Notes: generated from the sequence alone by a model not told the origin. DNA of 64,000 bases from Bythopirellula sp. (GCA_965216565.1 OZ244170.1:2848001-2912000); one strand, 5' to 3'; counted from the first letter of the stretch, positions 48,459 to 59,143 are shown. Numbers and translations: made by a program.

Positions 48459-48674
48459 TATCTATCACTTCCTATAAACCCTTGTTAATATGGCACTTAA
48501 AGTGCTTCTGCAAGGGCTCGATTCGCGCCGTATTCTTATAGTGAGCTGGCGCATGAGCCGTCAGCGGTCAGTTTTCAGCAGTCAGCAAATCTAGTTTTGA
48601 AGTGCTGAGGGCTGACAGCTATGCAGTGAAACACATCTCCAGCCGACAATCAATCCACGCTTCGCCCCATACGC

Positions 48675-49733
48675 ATGCCAGAGCCCAAAGACGAGCAAGA
48701 GCTAGAGCACTCGAAGATGTCGTTTGCCGATCATCTCGAGGAGTTGCGGACTGCGCTTTGGAAATCGATTTTAGCTTTGGCCGTGGGTTCTATCGTCGGC
48801 TTTTCCGTCGGTGGGTCGGTGGTCGACTATATCCAAACTCCGTTACGACAACAGCTTGAGCTCCACTTTGGACGGCTGGCAGTTCAAACCCAGGTCGACC
48901 GTCTGGAAGAGATGCAAGCGGCCGGCATGACAGTCCCAGAAGACTTGGAGGCTGCGGCGCAAAAGATTGTGGACGATGGCCTCGTGCCGAAGGATATCTA
49001 TCTCGATCGAGCCGAGTTACAGCGTGCTTTGGGTGAGAAGGAATCAGAAACTCTGGCCGCGAAAGATCCAGGACTTCTTAGCGAAGACCTTGTTCTATTG
49101 CGAGCCTACGAACCTTTGTCGGCTGACTCCCGATTGAATCTTGTGGGCTTGAGTGCCCAAGAACCCTTCTTCGTTTACGTGAAGGCTGCGGTGGTCGTGG
49201 GGGCGGTTGTCTCTAGTCCTTTTATCTTCTTCTATATCTGGGAGTTTATCGCAGCGGGACTCTACCGGCACGAACGCAAGCAGATTTATCTCTACCTGCC
49301 TATTAGCCTCGGTCTGTTTTTTGCCGGGGCTGCGCTGGCGTTTTATGGAGCGCTCAGCTTTGTACTGACGTTTTTATTCTGGTTCAACGAGCAGATGGGC
49401 ATCGTCCCGACGCTGCGGATCAGCGATTGGATTAGCTTTGTGCTGATGTTGCCGCTGGGCTTTGGCATTAGCTTCCAATTGCCGCTGGTGATGTTGTTCC
49501 TAGAGCGCATCGGCATCTTCACGGTTGCCGACTATAAGAAAAAATGGCGCATCGCGGTCCTGGTGATCTCAATTATTTCGATGCTACTCACACCTGCTGA
49601 CCCTTGGAGCATGATGCTCATGGGAATTCCGCTCGTTGCCCTCTACTTCGGCGGGATCATGCTTTGTAAGCACATGCCGCGTAGCAAAACGAAGCCCATT
49701 GAAGGCATGCCTGAAGAGACGAGCGGCTCGTAA
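48675..49733 (+). CDS. tatC: Twin-arginine translocase subunit TatC
   Basis: MSFADHLEELR, EPF..Y.K, WEFIAAGLY.HER, FGISFQLP, LTPADP; enlarged first periplasmic loop. Confidence 0.95.
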   Translation: MPEPKDEQELEHSKMSFADHLEELRTALWKSILALAVGSIVGFSVGGSVVDYIQTPLRQQLELHFGRLAVQTQVDRLEEMQAAGMTVPEDLEAAAQKIVDDGLVPKDIYLDRAELQRALGEKESETLAAKDPGLLSEDLVLLRAYEPLSADSRLNLVGLSAQEPFFVYVKAAVVVGAVVSSPFIFFYIWEFIAAGLYRHERKQIYLYLPISLGLFFAGAALAFYGALSFVLTFLFWFNEQMGIVPTLRISDWISFVLMLPLGFGISFQLPLVMLFLERIGIFTVADYKKKWRIAVLVISIISMLLTPADPWSMMLMGIPLVALYFGGIMLCKHMPRSKTKPIEGMPEETSGS

Positions 49734-49752
49734 GCTTTGCGGAAAAGTAGCC

Positions 49753-49839
49753 TTCGAAAATAGGAACAGGCAAGACGACACCAAGAGCGCTGAGCGCTCA
49801 AGCCGTAATCGAACGTCGAGCCAGTCCCTATTTTTCGAC
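49753..49839 (+). repeat. MITE-like dispersed repeat, family B, degenerate copy
   Basis: TCGAAAATAGGAACAGGCAAGACGAC ... CGTCGAGCCAGTCCCTATTTTTCGAC. Confidence 0.7.
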
Positions 49840-49861
49840 TCCCAATCCCGCACTAAAGCTA

Positions 49862-51652
49862 TCATTCTTCGGTTACGTGGCTTTCCTCGGCTCTTAGCGT
49901 TCTCGTCGCTTCCATGTCGGTAATGCGTCCAGAGATTTCGTCAAAGCGACTGGTCATTACCAAGGTCAGGATGGTGGCAACAACCAGATAAGCAATCACC
50001 CCAAGAATGTAAGCCACAGCCATCTCATCCTCGAAACGCCGAAAAGAGTACGCGTCGACAAGCTCCAAGTATCCCTGGGGCGGCATGATAAGCTGGAACG
50101 GAATGCAGGGCGCGAGCATCAGTTCCTCCAATTGCGAGCCGCCCCCACCGACCATCACCGCGCAGCAGCAGAACATATATCCGCCGCCAAAGAATATTAG
50201 TGTTGCCAGTGTGCCGCCCATGGCTTGCAAAGACGTTTTGCAATGGAGCGAGAAGGTAAGCCCCAAGTTTGTGGCATACCAGCAATGGATTCCAAACGTT
50301 GCGGCTAGAACGACAATCGCCCAAAGAAAGCGAAGATCGAGAATCAGCCCCAAACCCCATATCCCAGCCAGCACTACAAGTGCCCAACGAATGCTGTACA
50401 AGTTGCCCCACATTTTGGCAAACATGATCTCGCTCCCGGAAAGAGGCGTGGCCAGCAAGGAATCCCAGGTTTCGCTCTCCTTCTCGTGAGCGACCAAACT
50501 GGCGGCCCGCGACCCTAGCAGGATCAGAATTCCACTTCCCAATAGCGCTGTTATCATCGAGAGATACTCGAAGTAACTGCTGGTTTTGGAGCCCCACCGC
50601 TTGTAGACTGCCTCCCAAAAAGCATAACCGGTTAGCCCAGCAACTGTTGCTAAGATTAGAGCAACGGCAATCACACCGATCACCCCGAGCCGGGTCTTCG
50701 CAGTATCGGCAAACATTTCTTTCCACAGCATCGGACGCGTTCCCAGCGCAGGTTTCCATCTTGGTAATCGGAACGGCCAACGCGGAAACAGTCTTCTAAC
50801 ACCGCGTGAAGACTCGGCCAAATGGACGCCGCGCACAGCAAATGTGGCTGACAGCAACGCCGCGCCCGACAGAATGGTTTGCCAAAAAACTGTCCGCAGG
50901 ACGCCCGACACATTCAATCCAAGCCCCATAGCAAAACGACTGCCCAAGGCTTGAATGAGCGCCCAAATGGGATTGATCACCAGCAGTGCATCCACAGCAG
51001 GCTTAAGAACCAACGTCCATACCCATGACGAACGCCCAAAGGCAGGGCCGGCTATGTTCAGAATGAGTGGTATCAGAAACAAAACGGCTAATAGCAAATA
51101 GATTCTCACCGTGGCATCCCGGGACCGGGCAGACCACACCGACACAAAGATGCTAAGTGCCGTGACCATCAGGGCCAAACTAGCTGAGAGTAAGAACAGA
51201 GTTAGCAGAGCGCCAACCGGTATTCCGCCAAACAGACGGAACAGAAACAAAATCGGCAAGCCAACCAAGATCATTTTGAAAAGCAATAGCAGCCGTGCAG
51301 TCGCTTTGCTCAATACGATTTCTCGGTCCGAAAGATCGGTAACGAACAGGTACTCGATGGTGCGACGTTCTCGCTCGGTAGCGATGGTACCAATCGCCAG
51401 TGAAGGGCCTACAGACAGAATGGCGAGGGTCTGCAGCCAGGCAAGTCCCATGAAAAACTCCGAGGCCATTGCCGAAGAGCGTTGTGTGGAGAGCGGTTGT
51501 TCTGAGAATTGCAGATTAGCTGACGAATTCTCGTAACAGGTCCACAACATCGCCAGAAGTAACAGGCCATAGACAACCCGCAACACGAAATAGCGAGCTC
51601 TGCGCGACGTGGAGACAAGCTCTACCTGAAATATTGGCCCCAACAGCATCAC
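49862..51652 (-). CDS. ABC-2 type transporter permease (duplicated domain)
   Basis: IATERERRTIEYLFVTDLSDREIVLSK and VAHEKESETWDSLLATPLSGSEIMFAK; many TMs. Confidence 0.85.
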   Translation of the reverse strand: MMLLGPIFQVELVSTSRRARYFVLRVVYGLLLLAMLWTCYENSSANLQFSEQPLSTQRSSAMASEFFMGLAWLQTLAILSVGPSLAIGTIATERERRTIEYLFVTDLSDREIVLSKATARLLLLFKMILVGLPILFLFRLFGGIPVGALLTLFLLSASLALMVTALSIFVSVWSARSRDATVRIYLLLAVLFLIPLILNIAGPAFGRSSWVWTLVLKPAVDALLVINPIWALIQALGSRFAMGLGLNVSGVLRTVFWQTILSGAALLSATFAVRGVHLAESSRGVRRLFPRWPFRLPRWKPALGTRPMLWKEMFADTAKTRLGVIGVIAVALILATVAGLTGYAFWEAVYKRWGSKTSSYFEYLSMITALLGSGILILLGSRAASLVAHEKESETWDSLLATPLSGSEIMFAKMWGNLYSIRWALVVLAGIWGLGLILDLRFLWAIVVLAATFGIHCWYATNLGLTFSLHCKTSLQAMGGTLATLIFFGGGYMFCCCAVMVGGGGSQLEELMLAPCIPFQLIMPPQGYLELVDAYSFRRFEDEMAVAYILGVIAYLVVATILTLVMTSRFDEISGRITDMEATRTLRAEESHVTEE

Positions 51653-51773
51653 GCACCTGTCCCGGTCCAGAGAATGACTAGGACTGCATGTTAAACGTTA
51701 TTTTACTGAAGCTCCAGCGCAACCATGAAGATGCAATGCTAAATCACCCCAAAGCTGGTTTCAAGAGTTCAAG

Positions 51774-51850
51774 GAGCCGAACGCGAATGCCTTGGGCAGC
51801 ATCGGGACCAATCGCTAATGCACCTACCCGCGGCTAGCGCCGTCGGCTCA
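51774..51850. repeat. REP doublet family C (one intact arm, one degenerate arm)
   Basis: ACCCGCGGCTAGCGCCGTCGGCTCA (51826-51850) is identical to the arm at 55963-55987. Confidence 0.8.
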
Positions 51851-51875
51851 GTTAGATTCTGTGGCCGCTTTAGAA

Positions 51876-52835
51876 CTAAATCTGATAGTGCACTTCCGGC
51901 TGCAGGTCGTCGGGGCCTTCGTTGCGCATTCTGAGTTTTGGCTTTTCCAGCACTACCGTTGTGTGCGGTTCGATGCTCGATGTAAGCCACACACTCGAGC
52001 CAACCACCGAATTGTGGCCCAGAACGGTTCGGCCTCCCAGGACCGTGGCGTTGGCGTAGATGACCACATGGTCTTCGAGCGTCGGATGACGCTTGTGACC
52101 ACGTACCAATTGGCCATCGCCATCGGTGGCAAAGCTCAAGGCACCGAGCGTGACACCTTGATAGATCTTCACATGATTGCCGATCTCGCAAGTTTCGCCA
52201 ATCACCACACCCGTACCGTGATCGATAAAGAAATGCGTGCCGATCGTTGCACCCGGATGAATATCAATCCCCGTGTTCTTATGAGCCCACTCACTCATCA
52301 TGCGGGGAATGAAAGGGATCTCAAGCTCGTTGAGCAAGTGCGCTAATCGATAAACTGTAATGGCTTCTAAGCCTGGGTAGCAAAAGATCACTTCGTCCAG
52401 GTTCTTGCAAGCCGGGTCGCCATCGTAGGCGGCCTGTACGTCGGTGGCTAGAATTTGCCGCATCGCAGGCAGTTCGTCGAGAAACTGCAGCGTCTTGGCC
52501 TGGCCCAATGCTTCGAAGTCGACGTCTTGATTGCAGTCGCTGGTGGCTCCGGCCTCGTGACGTAGCGCGCGGCCAATTTGAGTAGTCAATCGATCGTGCA
52601 ACCTATCGATCAAATCGCCGACGTAGTAGCGGACATTGCCACGGTGCAATCCCTCGCGACGCCGATAGCCTGGGTAGATGATTTCGAAGAGGTCTTCCAA
52701 CGACGCCATAATCTCTTCGTAGCTTGGCAACGGGCAATGGTCGAGATGATTGATCGAGCCCAAATCGTCGTACGTATCGACAATGCGATCGGTGATGTCG
52801 GGCAATTGGTCCTTCAAACGGAAGTCGGAAGCCAT
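51876..52835 (-). CDS. cysE: Serine O-acetyltransferase (EpsC/CysE type)
   Basis: [61 protein letters not shown] before 52835. Confidence 0.93.
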   Translation of the reverse strand: MASDFRLKDQLPDITDRIVDTYDDLGSINHLDHCPLPSYEEIMASLEDLFEIIYPGYRRREGLHRGNVRYYVGDLIDRLHDRLTTQIGRALRHEAGATSDCNQDVDFEALGQAKTLQFLDELPAMRQILATDVQAAYDGDPACKNLDEVIFCYPGLEAITVYRLAHLLNELEIPFIPRMMSEWAHKNTGIDIHPGATIGTHFFIDHGTGVVIGETCEIGNHVKIYQGVTLGALSFATDGDGQLVRGHKRHPTLEDHVVIYANATVLGGRTVLGHNSVVGSSVWLTSSIEPHTTVVLEKPKLRMRNEGPDDLQPEVHYQI

Positions 52836-53081
52836 GTTTCTGGTTTCTCCTGACGCGTGGTCACTCGTGACGCGTCTTGTGGTGGGGGGAGAGAGATCGA
52901 GATAGAATGCCACTTGCGGGGCATATGCAGGCGAGAATGTCCGGCCCTAAGCCGGACAGGTACAGCTACAGTAGTGGTGCAAGTTACTTTTCATGGTAGG
53001 AACCGAAGGCTAGTTGGAGTTGCCTTATTGGTCCGACACAAGACGGACCCCAGAGGTTCTCTCGGCACGGCAACCACTTGG

Positions 53082-53109
53082 AGTTTAACAATTCTGCCGG
53101 TGGTGGCAA
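53082..53109 (-). promoter_or_regulatory. Putative sigma70 promoter for cysE
   Basis: Minus strand TTGCCA-16 bp-TAAACT with an extended -10 TG. Confidence 0.5.
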
Positions 53110-53267
53110 CGTTTTCCTGGCAGGAGGTTCTGCCAGTCAGTGCTGGCATTGTTGTTTTTTTACAACACGGAAAGCCGCAACGTGATGTCCCTCCGCCTCA
53201 AGAAGTAAGGTACGTTTAAGTAGACACCGGTGCTCTCATCACCTTGCACCATTTGGAGGCTCTCCCC

Positions 53268-53657
53268 ATGACACAGTTTATCCAACTGTTCGATCCGTCG
53301 GTCTTGTTCTTTGTCGTTCTGCCAATCGCAGCGATCGTTGCTGCCTGGGCGCTGAAAATAGCCTGTGCTATTTGCGACCTGGATTCGCCCGATTTCTGGC
53401 ACTGTGTGCTGGCCGTGATTGTGGTCGCTGTTGCCAACCTGGCACTTCGCTTTGCCTTACGCGCAGGGGCCGGCCCAATTTCTTTTGAAGCCCAAGTACT
53501 CGCCCCGCTGGCCACCACCGCCTTGGTGCTCTCGATGAGCATCCGTACCGGGCCCATCAATGCCTGCAAGGTAATGCTCGTACACGGTTTGCTTTGCGGT
53601 ATGATCCTTAGCGCCGTGCTACTGATGAGCCAATCGCTACCCCTGGCCAGCATGTAG
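53268..53657 (+). CDS. Hypothetical four-TM membrane protein
   Basis: GGAGG RBS; four hydrophobic segments. Confidence 0.7.
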   Translation: MTQFIQLFDPSVLFFVVLPIAAIVAAWALKIACAICDLDSPDFWHCVLAVIVVAVANLALRFALRAGAGPISFEAQVLAPLATTALVLSMSIRTGPINACKVMLVHGLLCGMILSAVLLMSQSLPLASM

Positions 53658-53717
53658 CAATCAGGGTGCAGTAATACATTCCGGTTGGCTGCTCGAAATT
53701 CCGCGAGAGGGCTCGGC

Positions 53718-55808
53718 TCAATCGTCGTCTTCTTTGAGCTTCGCCTTGGAAATGATCTCCTGCTGGACGTTGCCCGGCACGACATCGTAGTGCGAAAACT
53801 CCATTGCATAGCTGCCCTGCCCTCCTGTCATCGAGGAAAGCGTTCTGGCATACGTCGCGGCTTCCGCCAGTGGCACCTTAGCTTCCACCGTGGTCATTCC
53901 ACCACCGGCCGTTTCCATACCCGACATCTGTCCTCGTCGCCCCGAGAGATCGCTGGAAACGTCGCCCACGTTGTCGGCAGGAACCGTGATGTGCATGTTG
54001 ACGATCGGCTCCAACAGGCTCGGGCGCGCTTCCTTAAACACCTGGGCGAACGCCTTACTAGCTGCGATTTTGAACGCCGACTCGTTGCTGTCCACGGGAT
54101 GGTCTTTGCCAAAGTGTACTTCTACACATACGTTTTGAACCGGGTAACCGGCGACCACGCCCGCTTTGGTGCGTTCCAAGAAGCCTTTCTCGATCGCCGG
54201 CATAAAGTTACCTGGAATCGAACCGCCCACGACCGAGTCGATCCATAAGAAATTGCTCTTCTCGTGGAAGTGCTTGGATTTTATATGTGGGAATCGGGCT
54301 TTGGTGGCGTATTCCTCTGGGTCGGTACCTTCGGGGAACGGATACATGCGAATGTGTACTTCACCAAATTGCCCGGCACCGCCCGACTGTTTCTTGTGCC
54401 GATAGCTGCCGTCGGCATTCGCTTGAATTGTCTCGCGGTAGGGAATCTTTGGTTCTTTGGTTTCTACTTCGACCTTGTCGCGACGCTTGAGTCGTTCCTG
54501 AATTAGATTGAGATGCAGTTCGCTCATTCCGGTAAGCACCATCTCCTTGGTCTCGGGATCGTGCTCAAGATGGATCGTGGCGTCTTCCTCGGTAATTTTG
54601 TGGAGCGATCCGGATAGCTTGGCTTCGTCGCCGCGACTCTTAGGTTCGACTGCAAGTCCGACCATCGGTGTGGGGAAGCCGATTGGTGGCAATTCGACTT
54701 CGCCAATCGAAGTGCCGGTGTGGAGTTCCTCGCACTTGGCAACCGCCACGATTTCCCCAGGTCCCGCATCATTGATGGGCGAAGTTTCGTTTGCTTGCAC
54801 GGTGAGCAGAGGACCGAGCTTGATCCCCTTGCGTGCACCGGGCGACTCGACGGTGGTATCCTTCTTGAGAGTGCCTGAGAAAATCCGCAGGAAGCTGAGC
54901 TTCTGGACAAACGGGTCGATGCGCGTCTTGAAAACCTGCGCGGCAAGCGGCGCGCTGGGATCGGGTTTGAGCGTTACCTGGTCGCCATCTTTGGTCCCCG
55001 TGCGGGTAATCGCATCGGGCGGCAACGCGGCCTGGGCTAGTGCGTCCATGAGTTCTTTGACGCCAATTTCGTTCTTCGTCGATACACACACAATAGGCGT
55101 CAGTGATCCTGCCGCAATCGACTGCACCATCAGTTGGCTCAATTGCTCACTGGTTGGAAGTTCGCCTTCGAAGTACTTTTCCATCACCGCTTCGTCAACT
55201 TCGATGATCGACTCGACTAGCGATTCGTTGATCTCCGCGGGATCGATCAGCGCGCCCTCGGTGTCGTCGGGCACATCAAGTGTGCTGGCCACACCGCGTA
55301 GCGAATCGCTAACGCCCAGCGGTACGTTGAGTAACGCACAACTATTGCCAAATACCTCTTTGATGCTTTCAACCAGCCCGGGGAAATCGATGTTGTCGGT
55401 GTCGAGCTTGGTGATGACAAGAATTCTGCCACAACCGGCCTTGCCTGCTTCGCTCCATGCCCGCCGGGTGTTCACCTTAATCCCAGCGTGGGCATCAATG
55501 GCGATGAGCGCGGTTTCCACCGCTCGCAGCGAGCCGATCATTTGCCCGACAAGATCGGGATAGCCGGGCGTGTCGATGATATTAAAGTGTTTGCCGGCGT
55601 GGTCGAAATGGGCCACCGATGCTTCGACCGAGTGCTTGTGGTGCTTTTCTTCTTCATCGAAGTCACAGATGCTTGTGCCGGCATCGACGCTTGGATTCGC
55701 ATTGACCGCGCCGCTACCTATCAGCAACTGATCGACAAGGGTCGTTTTGCCGGCACTCCCGTGGCCGCAGACAACTAAGTTTCGGATATCTCCAACATTC
55801 CTAGCCAT
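53718..55808 (-). CDS. fusA: Elongation factor G paralogue (EF-G2-like)
   Basis: GHGSAGKTTL, DTPG, TKLD, GMSELHL, PYRETI, KKQSGGAGQFG, LLEPI. Start moved to MARNVGDIRN because the longer ORF begins inside a REP. Confidence 0.9.
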   Translation of the reverse strand: MARNVGDIRNLVVCGHGSAGKTTLVDQLLIGSGAVNANPSVDAGTSICDFDEEEKHHKHSVEASVAHFDHAGKHFNIIDTPGYPDLVGQMIGSLRAVETALIAIDAHAGIKVNTRRAWSEAGKAGCGRILVITKLDTDNIDFPGLVESIKEVFGNSCALLNVPLGVSDSLRGVASTLDVPDDTEGALIDPAEINESLVESIIEVDEAVMEKYFEGELPTSEQLSQLMVQSIAAGSLTPIVCVSTKNEIGVKELMDALAQAALPPDAITRTGTKDGDQVTLKPDPSAPLAAQVFKTRIDPFVQKLSFLRIFSGTLKKDTTVESPGARKGIKLGPLLTVQANETSPINDAGPGEIVAVAKCEELHTGTSIGEVELPPIGFPTPMVGLAVEPKSRGDEAKLSGSLHKITEEDATIHLEHDPETKEMVLTGMSELHLNLIQERLKRRDKVEVETKEPKIPYRETIQANADGSYRHKKQSGGAGQFGEVHIRMYPFPEGTDPEEYATKARFPHIKSKHFHEKSNFLWIDSVVGGSIPGNFMPAIEKGFLERTKAGVVAGYPVQNVCVEVHFGKDHPVDSNESAFKIAASKAFAQVFKEARPSLLEPIVNMHITVPADNVGDVSSDLSGRRGQMSGMETAGGGMTTVEAKVPLAEAATYARTLSSMTGGQGSYAMEFSHYDVVPGNVQQEIISKAKLKEDDD

Positions 55809-55907
55809 AACTACTCCAAATGAAAAGTTGCTTGGCGTGTTTCCCGGCTCGCTGTCTGCCGGGCTCACCCATTCAGTAGTAAAACTATCAGCCGAATTTA
55901 AAGGTCC

Positions 55908-55987
55908 TGAGCCGACGGCGCTAGCCGCGGGTTGCATTCGAGGCAACTCTGGTCGCGGAGTAACCCGCGGCTAGCGCCGTCGGCTCA
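55908..55987. repeat. REP doublet family C (perfect 26-bp inverted repeat, 28-bp spacer)
   Basis: TGAGCCGACGGCGCTAGCCGCGGGTT / AACCCGCGGCTAGCGCCGTCGGCTCA. Confidence 0.88.
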
Positions 55988-56033
55988 AAAAAAGATGGCG
56001 GCTATTGTTGCTTAATGTTCCTCCTCGGTACGT

Positions 56034-56771
56034 TTACGCTTTGATACTTCCGGTATCTCCGGCTGCCGCCAGCGCGTCCGCCAACGTAATGGTTCCGGCA
56101 TAAAGGGCTCGCCCAATGATGGCTGCCGCCAGTCCGGCATCGGCAAGCTCCGCTACGTTCTCTGCTGTGGTCACTCCGCCAGAAGCGACCACCGGCAACT
56201 CGACATGCCGCTGCATCTCGGCCATAGCAGAGACATTGGGCCCGGCTAGCATGCCGTCGGTTGCAATATCGGTGTAAACAATGGCCGCGAGAGGCGCATC
56301 GCGAAATTCATCCGCCAGTGCCGTCGCTGGCGTCGAACTAGTTTCTAGCCAACCATCGGTAGCGACCATTCCATTGCGAGCGTCGATCCCTAAAACCAAC
56401 TTGTCGGGAAACTGAGCACACATCTCGCGGAACCAGTCGCCCCGTTTCAAAGCAGAAGTCCCCAGCACTAAACGGTCGAGGCCCAGGCCAAGCAGGTTTT
56501 CGATCGTCGCTTGGTCACGAATTCCGCCGCCTATTTCGCATTGCATATCGACAGCTTCGACGATCTGGCGAACCGTATCGTGATTGGTCGGCTTGCCATC
56601 GCGAGCACCATCGAGGTCCACCAGATGAAGATATCCGGCACCTTGCTCTTGGAAACTCTGTGCCACGGCAACAGGATCGTCGGAAAACACGGTTTCGCGA
56701 TTGTAGTCGCCCTGTTCCAAGCGGACGCACTTGCCGCCCAACAGATCAATCGCAGGCCATATCTGCATCAT
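56034..56771 (-). CDS. hisA: ProFAR isomerase
   Basis: IWPAIDL.GGKCVRL.QGDY, LHLVDLDGA, GGGIR, TDIATDGML.GPN, ASGGV. Confidence 0.96.
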   Translation of the reverse strand: MMQIWPAIDLLGGKCVRLEQGDYNRETVFSDDPVAVAQSFQEQGAGYLHLVDLDGARDGKPTNHDTVRQIVEAVDMQCEIGGGIRDQATIENLLGLGLDRLVLGTSALKRGDWFREMCAQFPDKLVLGIDARNGMVATDGWLETSSTPATALADEFRDAPLAAIVYTDIATDGMLAGPNVSAMAEMQRHVELPVVASGGVTTAENVAELADAGLAAAIIGRALYAGTITLADALAAAGDTGSIKA

Positions 56772-57009
56772 GCGCCACCGCTATTGTTGCCTAGGTACCA
56801 AAGACTCAGTTACTAGATTCGGCTAGTGAAGAGTCCATTAATATCGCACAGGAGTGGGTAGTTTTCAAGCGGCGCGGCAAGCAGGAAGTGTCCTAAGACG
56901 GTGCCACTTAGAAGTCAGGAAAGGAGAGGAGATAGGGGGATGAATGGGGATCACGGGGATGACTTGTCCTGGCACTGGCACGCTCAAGTACTACTGCACA
57001 GGACCGGGA

Positions 57010-57096
57010 GTCGAAGAAAGGGGACTGGCTCGACGCTCGATAGCGTCCTGCGCCTGAGCACACGCCGGGTCGTCGTGCCTGTCCCCTTTTTTCGAC
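57010..57096 (-). repeat. MITE-like dispersed repeat, family B, inverted copy
   Basis: Reverse complement aligns with 45201-45286 over its whole length. Confidence 0.8.
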
Positions 57097-57128
57097 GGAA
57101 CACTACGGTACGGCTTAGCCTGCTGGCC

Positions 57129-57746
57129 TTAGCCCGCCGTCCCTAGCTCAGCAAAGTTCTGGAGCACACGCAGGCCAGCCGTCTGGCTCTTTTCCGGATG
57201 GAATTGCGTAGCGAACAAGTTGTCGCGCCAGATCGCAGCGCAAAACGGATCCGGGTAATCTGCCTCGCCGGCGACCACTTGCGCATCTTCCGGGACCACG
57301 TAATAAGAATGCACGAAATAAAAATGGCTCTCCTCCGGCAAACCGGCAAAGATTGGCGGTCGACGCGGCCAGGAAACGGAGTTCCATCCCATGTGCGGTA
57401 CTTTGTATTCGCTCGGAACTTCAAATTTGCGAACCTCTCCCGGAATAATCCCCAGTCCCCGGTGCTCGCCATCTTCGTAGCTGCAATCGAAAAGCATTTG
57501 CAAGCCAAGGCAGATGCCTAGGAACGGCTTGTCTGCTTCGATCGCCTCCCGAATGGGCTCGACAAGGTCGCGACGTTCCAGCTCGGCAATCGCATCGGCA
57601 AACGCGCCGACTCCGGGCAGAACAATTTTGGAAGCCTGAGCCAACACGCTGGGGTCGCTGGTCACCGCTGCCGCATGGCCAACACGTTCAAATCCTTTTT
57701 GAACGCTGCGCAAATTGCCCATTTGGTAGTCGATGATGGCGATCAT
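57129..57746 (-). CDS. hisH: Imidazole glycerol phosphate synthase glutaminase subunit
   Basis: IIDYQMGNLRSV, LPGVGAF, LGICLGLQ, VPHMGWN, YFVHSY, QFHPEKS. Confidence 0.97.
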   Translation of the reverse strand: MIAIIDYQMGNLRSVQKGFERVGHAAAVTSDPSVLAQASKIVLPGVGAFADAIAELERRDLVEPIREAIEADKPFLGICLGLQMLFDCSYEDGEHRGLGIIPGEVRKFEVPSEYKVPHMGWNSVSWPRRPPIFAGLPEESHFYFVHSYYVVPEDAQVVAGEADYPDPFCAAIWRDNLFATQFHPEKSQTAGLRVLQNFAELGTAG

Positions 57747-57952
57747 AGTGAGGGATCAGAGGTCAGGAGTAGGGGTTCAGGGTTTGTCAAGAACTAACCG
57801 CTCAAGGCTGGTAGCAAGCAGCCTCAAGAAATGACACATGGTTTCGGTCTAGGTTCCGACTTAGTACGGGACATTCTATCGAAATAATCGCTGGCATCTA
57901 CTCACCTGCCTTGCTAGGTTGAATTCGCGAGGCAATTCATCATGAAAGGTGG

Positions 57953-59143
57953 TTGGCTATGTTGTACCGATTTCTGCTGGCGACGGGCGGGCCTGCGCTG
58001 CTGGCCCTAGCCTGTTTCACATTCGATGCCGGGCTAGCTCATGCTCAGCAAGCACCTGCGACCGACGTTTTGAGTGAAACGCAGTGGGATCGAATAGACG
58101 CTTCAGTCGACCGCGGGCTGGCGTGGCTCGCCAAACAGCAGCAAGCCGACGGCTCGTTTCCCACGGTGACCTACGGTCAGCCCGGCGTGACTAGCCTGTG
58201 TGTTCTGGCCTACCTCTCCCACGGCCATATGCCGGGCTCCGGGCCTTATGGCAAGCTGCTCGAAGATGCAGTTTCTTATATTGCTTCTTGCCAAAAGCCA
58301 AACGGACTGGTCGCCGTTGTGGCACCCGGTGGAGCGAAGATCGTCCGCAACGTTCCAAGAATGATGGGTGGCACCGCTGTTTACAATCATGGCATTGCCT
58401 CGTTAACTCTCAGCGAAGTCTATGCCAGCACGCAAACAACCACCGCCAAAAAGATCGAGAGTATCATCGAGAAATCGATCGAGGCCACACTCACCATGCA
58501 GCGTTGGCCCAAGGCCCGCAAGATCGACGAAGGCGGTTGGCGTTACCTAGATTTGCTCAACACCTCGGGAGAATCTGTTGATTCGAATCTGTCGAACACC
58601 GTATGGCAAATGCTTTTTTTGCGCTCCGCCAAGAACGCCGGTTTCGAAGTTTCGCAGGAACCGATTGATGGTGCCGTACAGTTCATCCGATCGTGCTTCC
58701 ACAATCGCTACCACACATTTGTACTGATGCCTTCCCACTCCGATCACCGCACCCGGGGGATGTCTGGCGCGGGCGTGATGTGCCTGGCACTTGCCGGCTT
58801 GCACGAGTCTCCCGAGGCTACGACGGCCGGCGATTGGATTCTGCAGCACGATTTCAATCGCTACAACTACGTCGAACCGTTTGGCCAGCGCGGTTGGCTC
58901 GACGACCGTTATCATTATGGTGTGTTCTTCTGCACCCAGGCGTCCTATCAACTCGGCGGCAAGTACTGGGAAGAATTCTTTCCTCCCGTGGCGAGGGTGG
59001 TACTGACCAACCAACGCGAAGATGGTTCCTGGGACCGCGAAAGCCACAATAGCGACAATAAATATGGCAATAGCTATACCACTTCGCTCATGCTACTGAC
59101 ACTGGGGGCACCGAATCAGTTGCTACCGGTGCTGCAGCGATGA
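57953..59143 (+). CDS. Secreted prenyltransferase/squalene-oxidase-repeat (QW-motif) protein
   Basis: GLAWLAKQQQADGSF, YNHGIA.L.L.E.Y, GGWRY, NQREDGSW; ends LLPVLQR. Confidence 0.82.
   Translation: MAMLYRFLLATGGPALLALACFTFDAGLAHAQQAPATDVLSETQWDRIDASVDRGLAWLAKQQQADGSFPTVTYGQPGVTSLCVLAYLSHGHMPGSGPYGKLLEDAVSYIASCQKPNGLVAVVAPGGAKIVRNVPRMMGGTAVYNHGIASLTLSEVYASTQTTTAKKIESIIEKSIEATLTMQRWPKARKIDEGGWRYLDLLNTSGESVDSNLSNTVWQMLFLRSAKNAGFEVSQEPIDGAVQFIRSCFHNRYHTFVLMPSHSDHRTRGMSGAGVMCLALAGLHESPEATTAGDWILQHDFNRYNYVEPFGQRGWLDDRYHYGVFFCTQASYQLGGKYWEEFFPPVARVVLTNQREDGSWDRESHNSDNKYGNSYTTSLMLLTLGAPNQLLPVLQR

Noticed and set aside
53050..53135. SAM-I riboswitch-like GGCAACC on the plus strand
   Set aside because: Wrong strand for cysE, and the AUC..AGA, P2 kink-turn and closing GAU elements are missing.
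54508..55563. 351-aa plus-strand ORF
   Set aside because: Antisense shadow of the EF-G paralogue; Ser-rich, no motifs.
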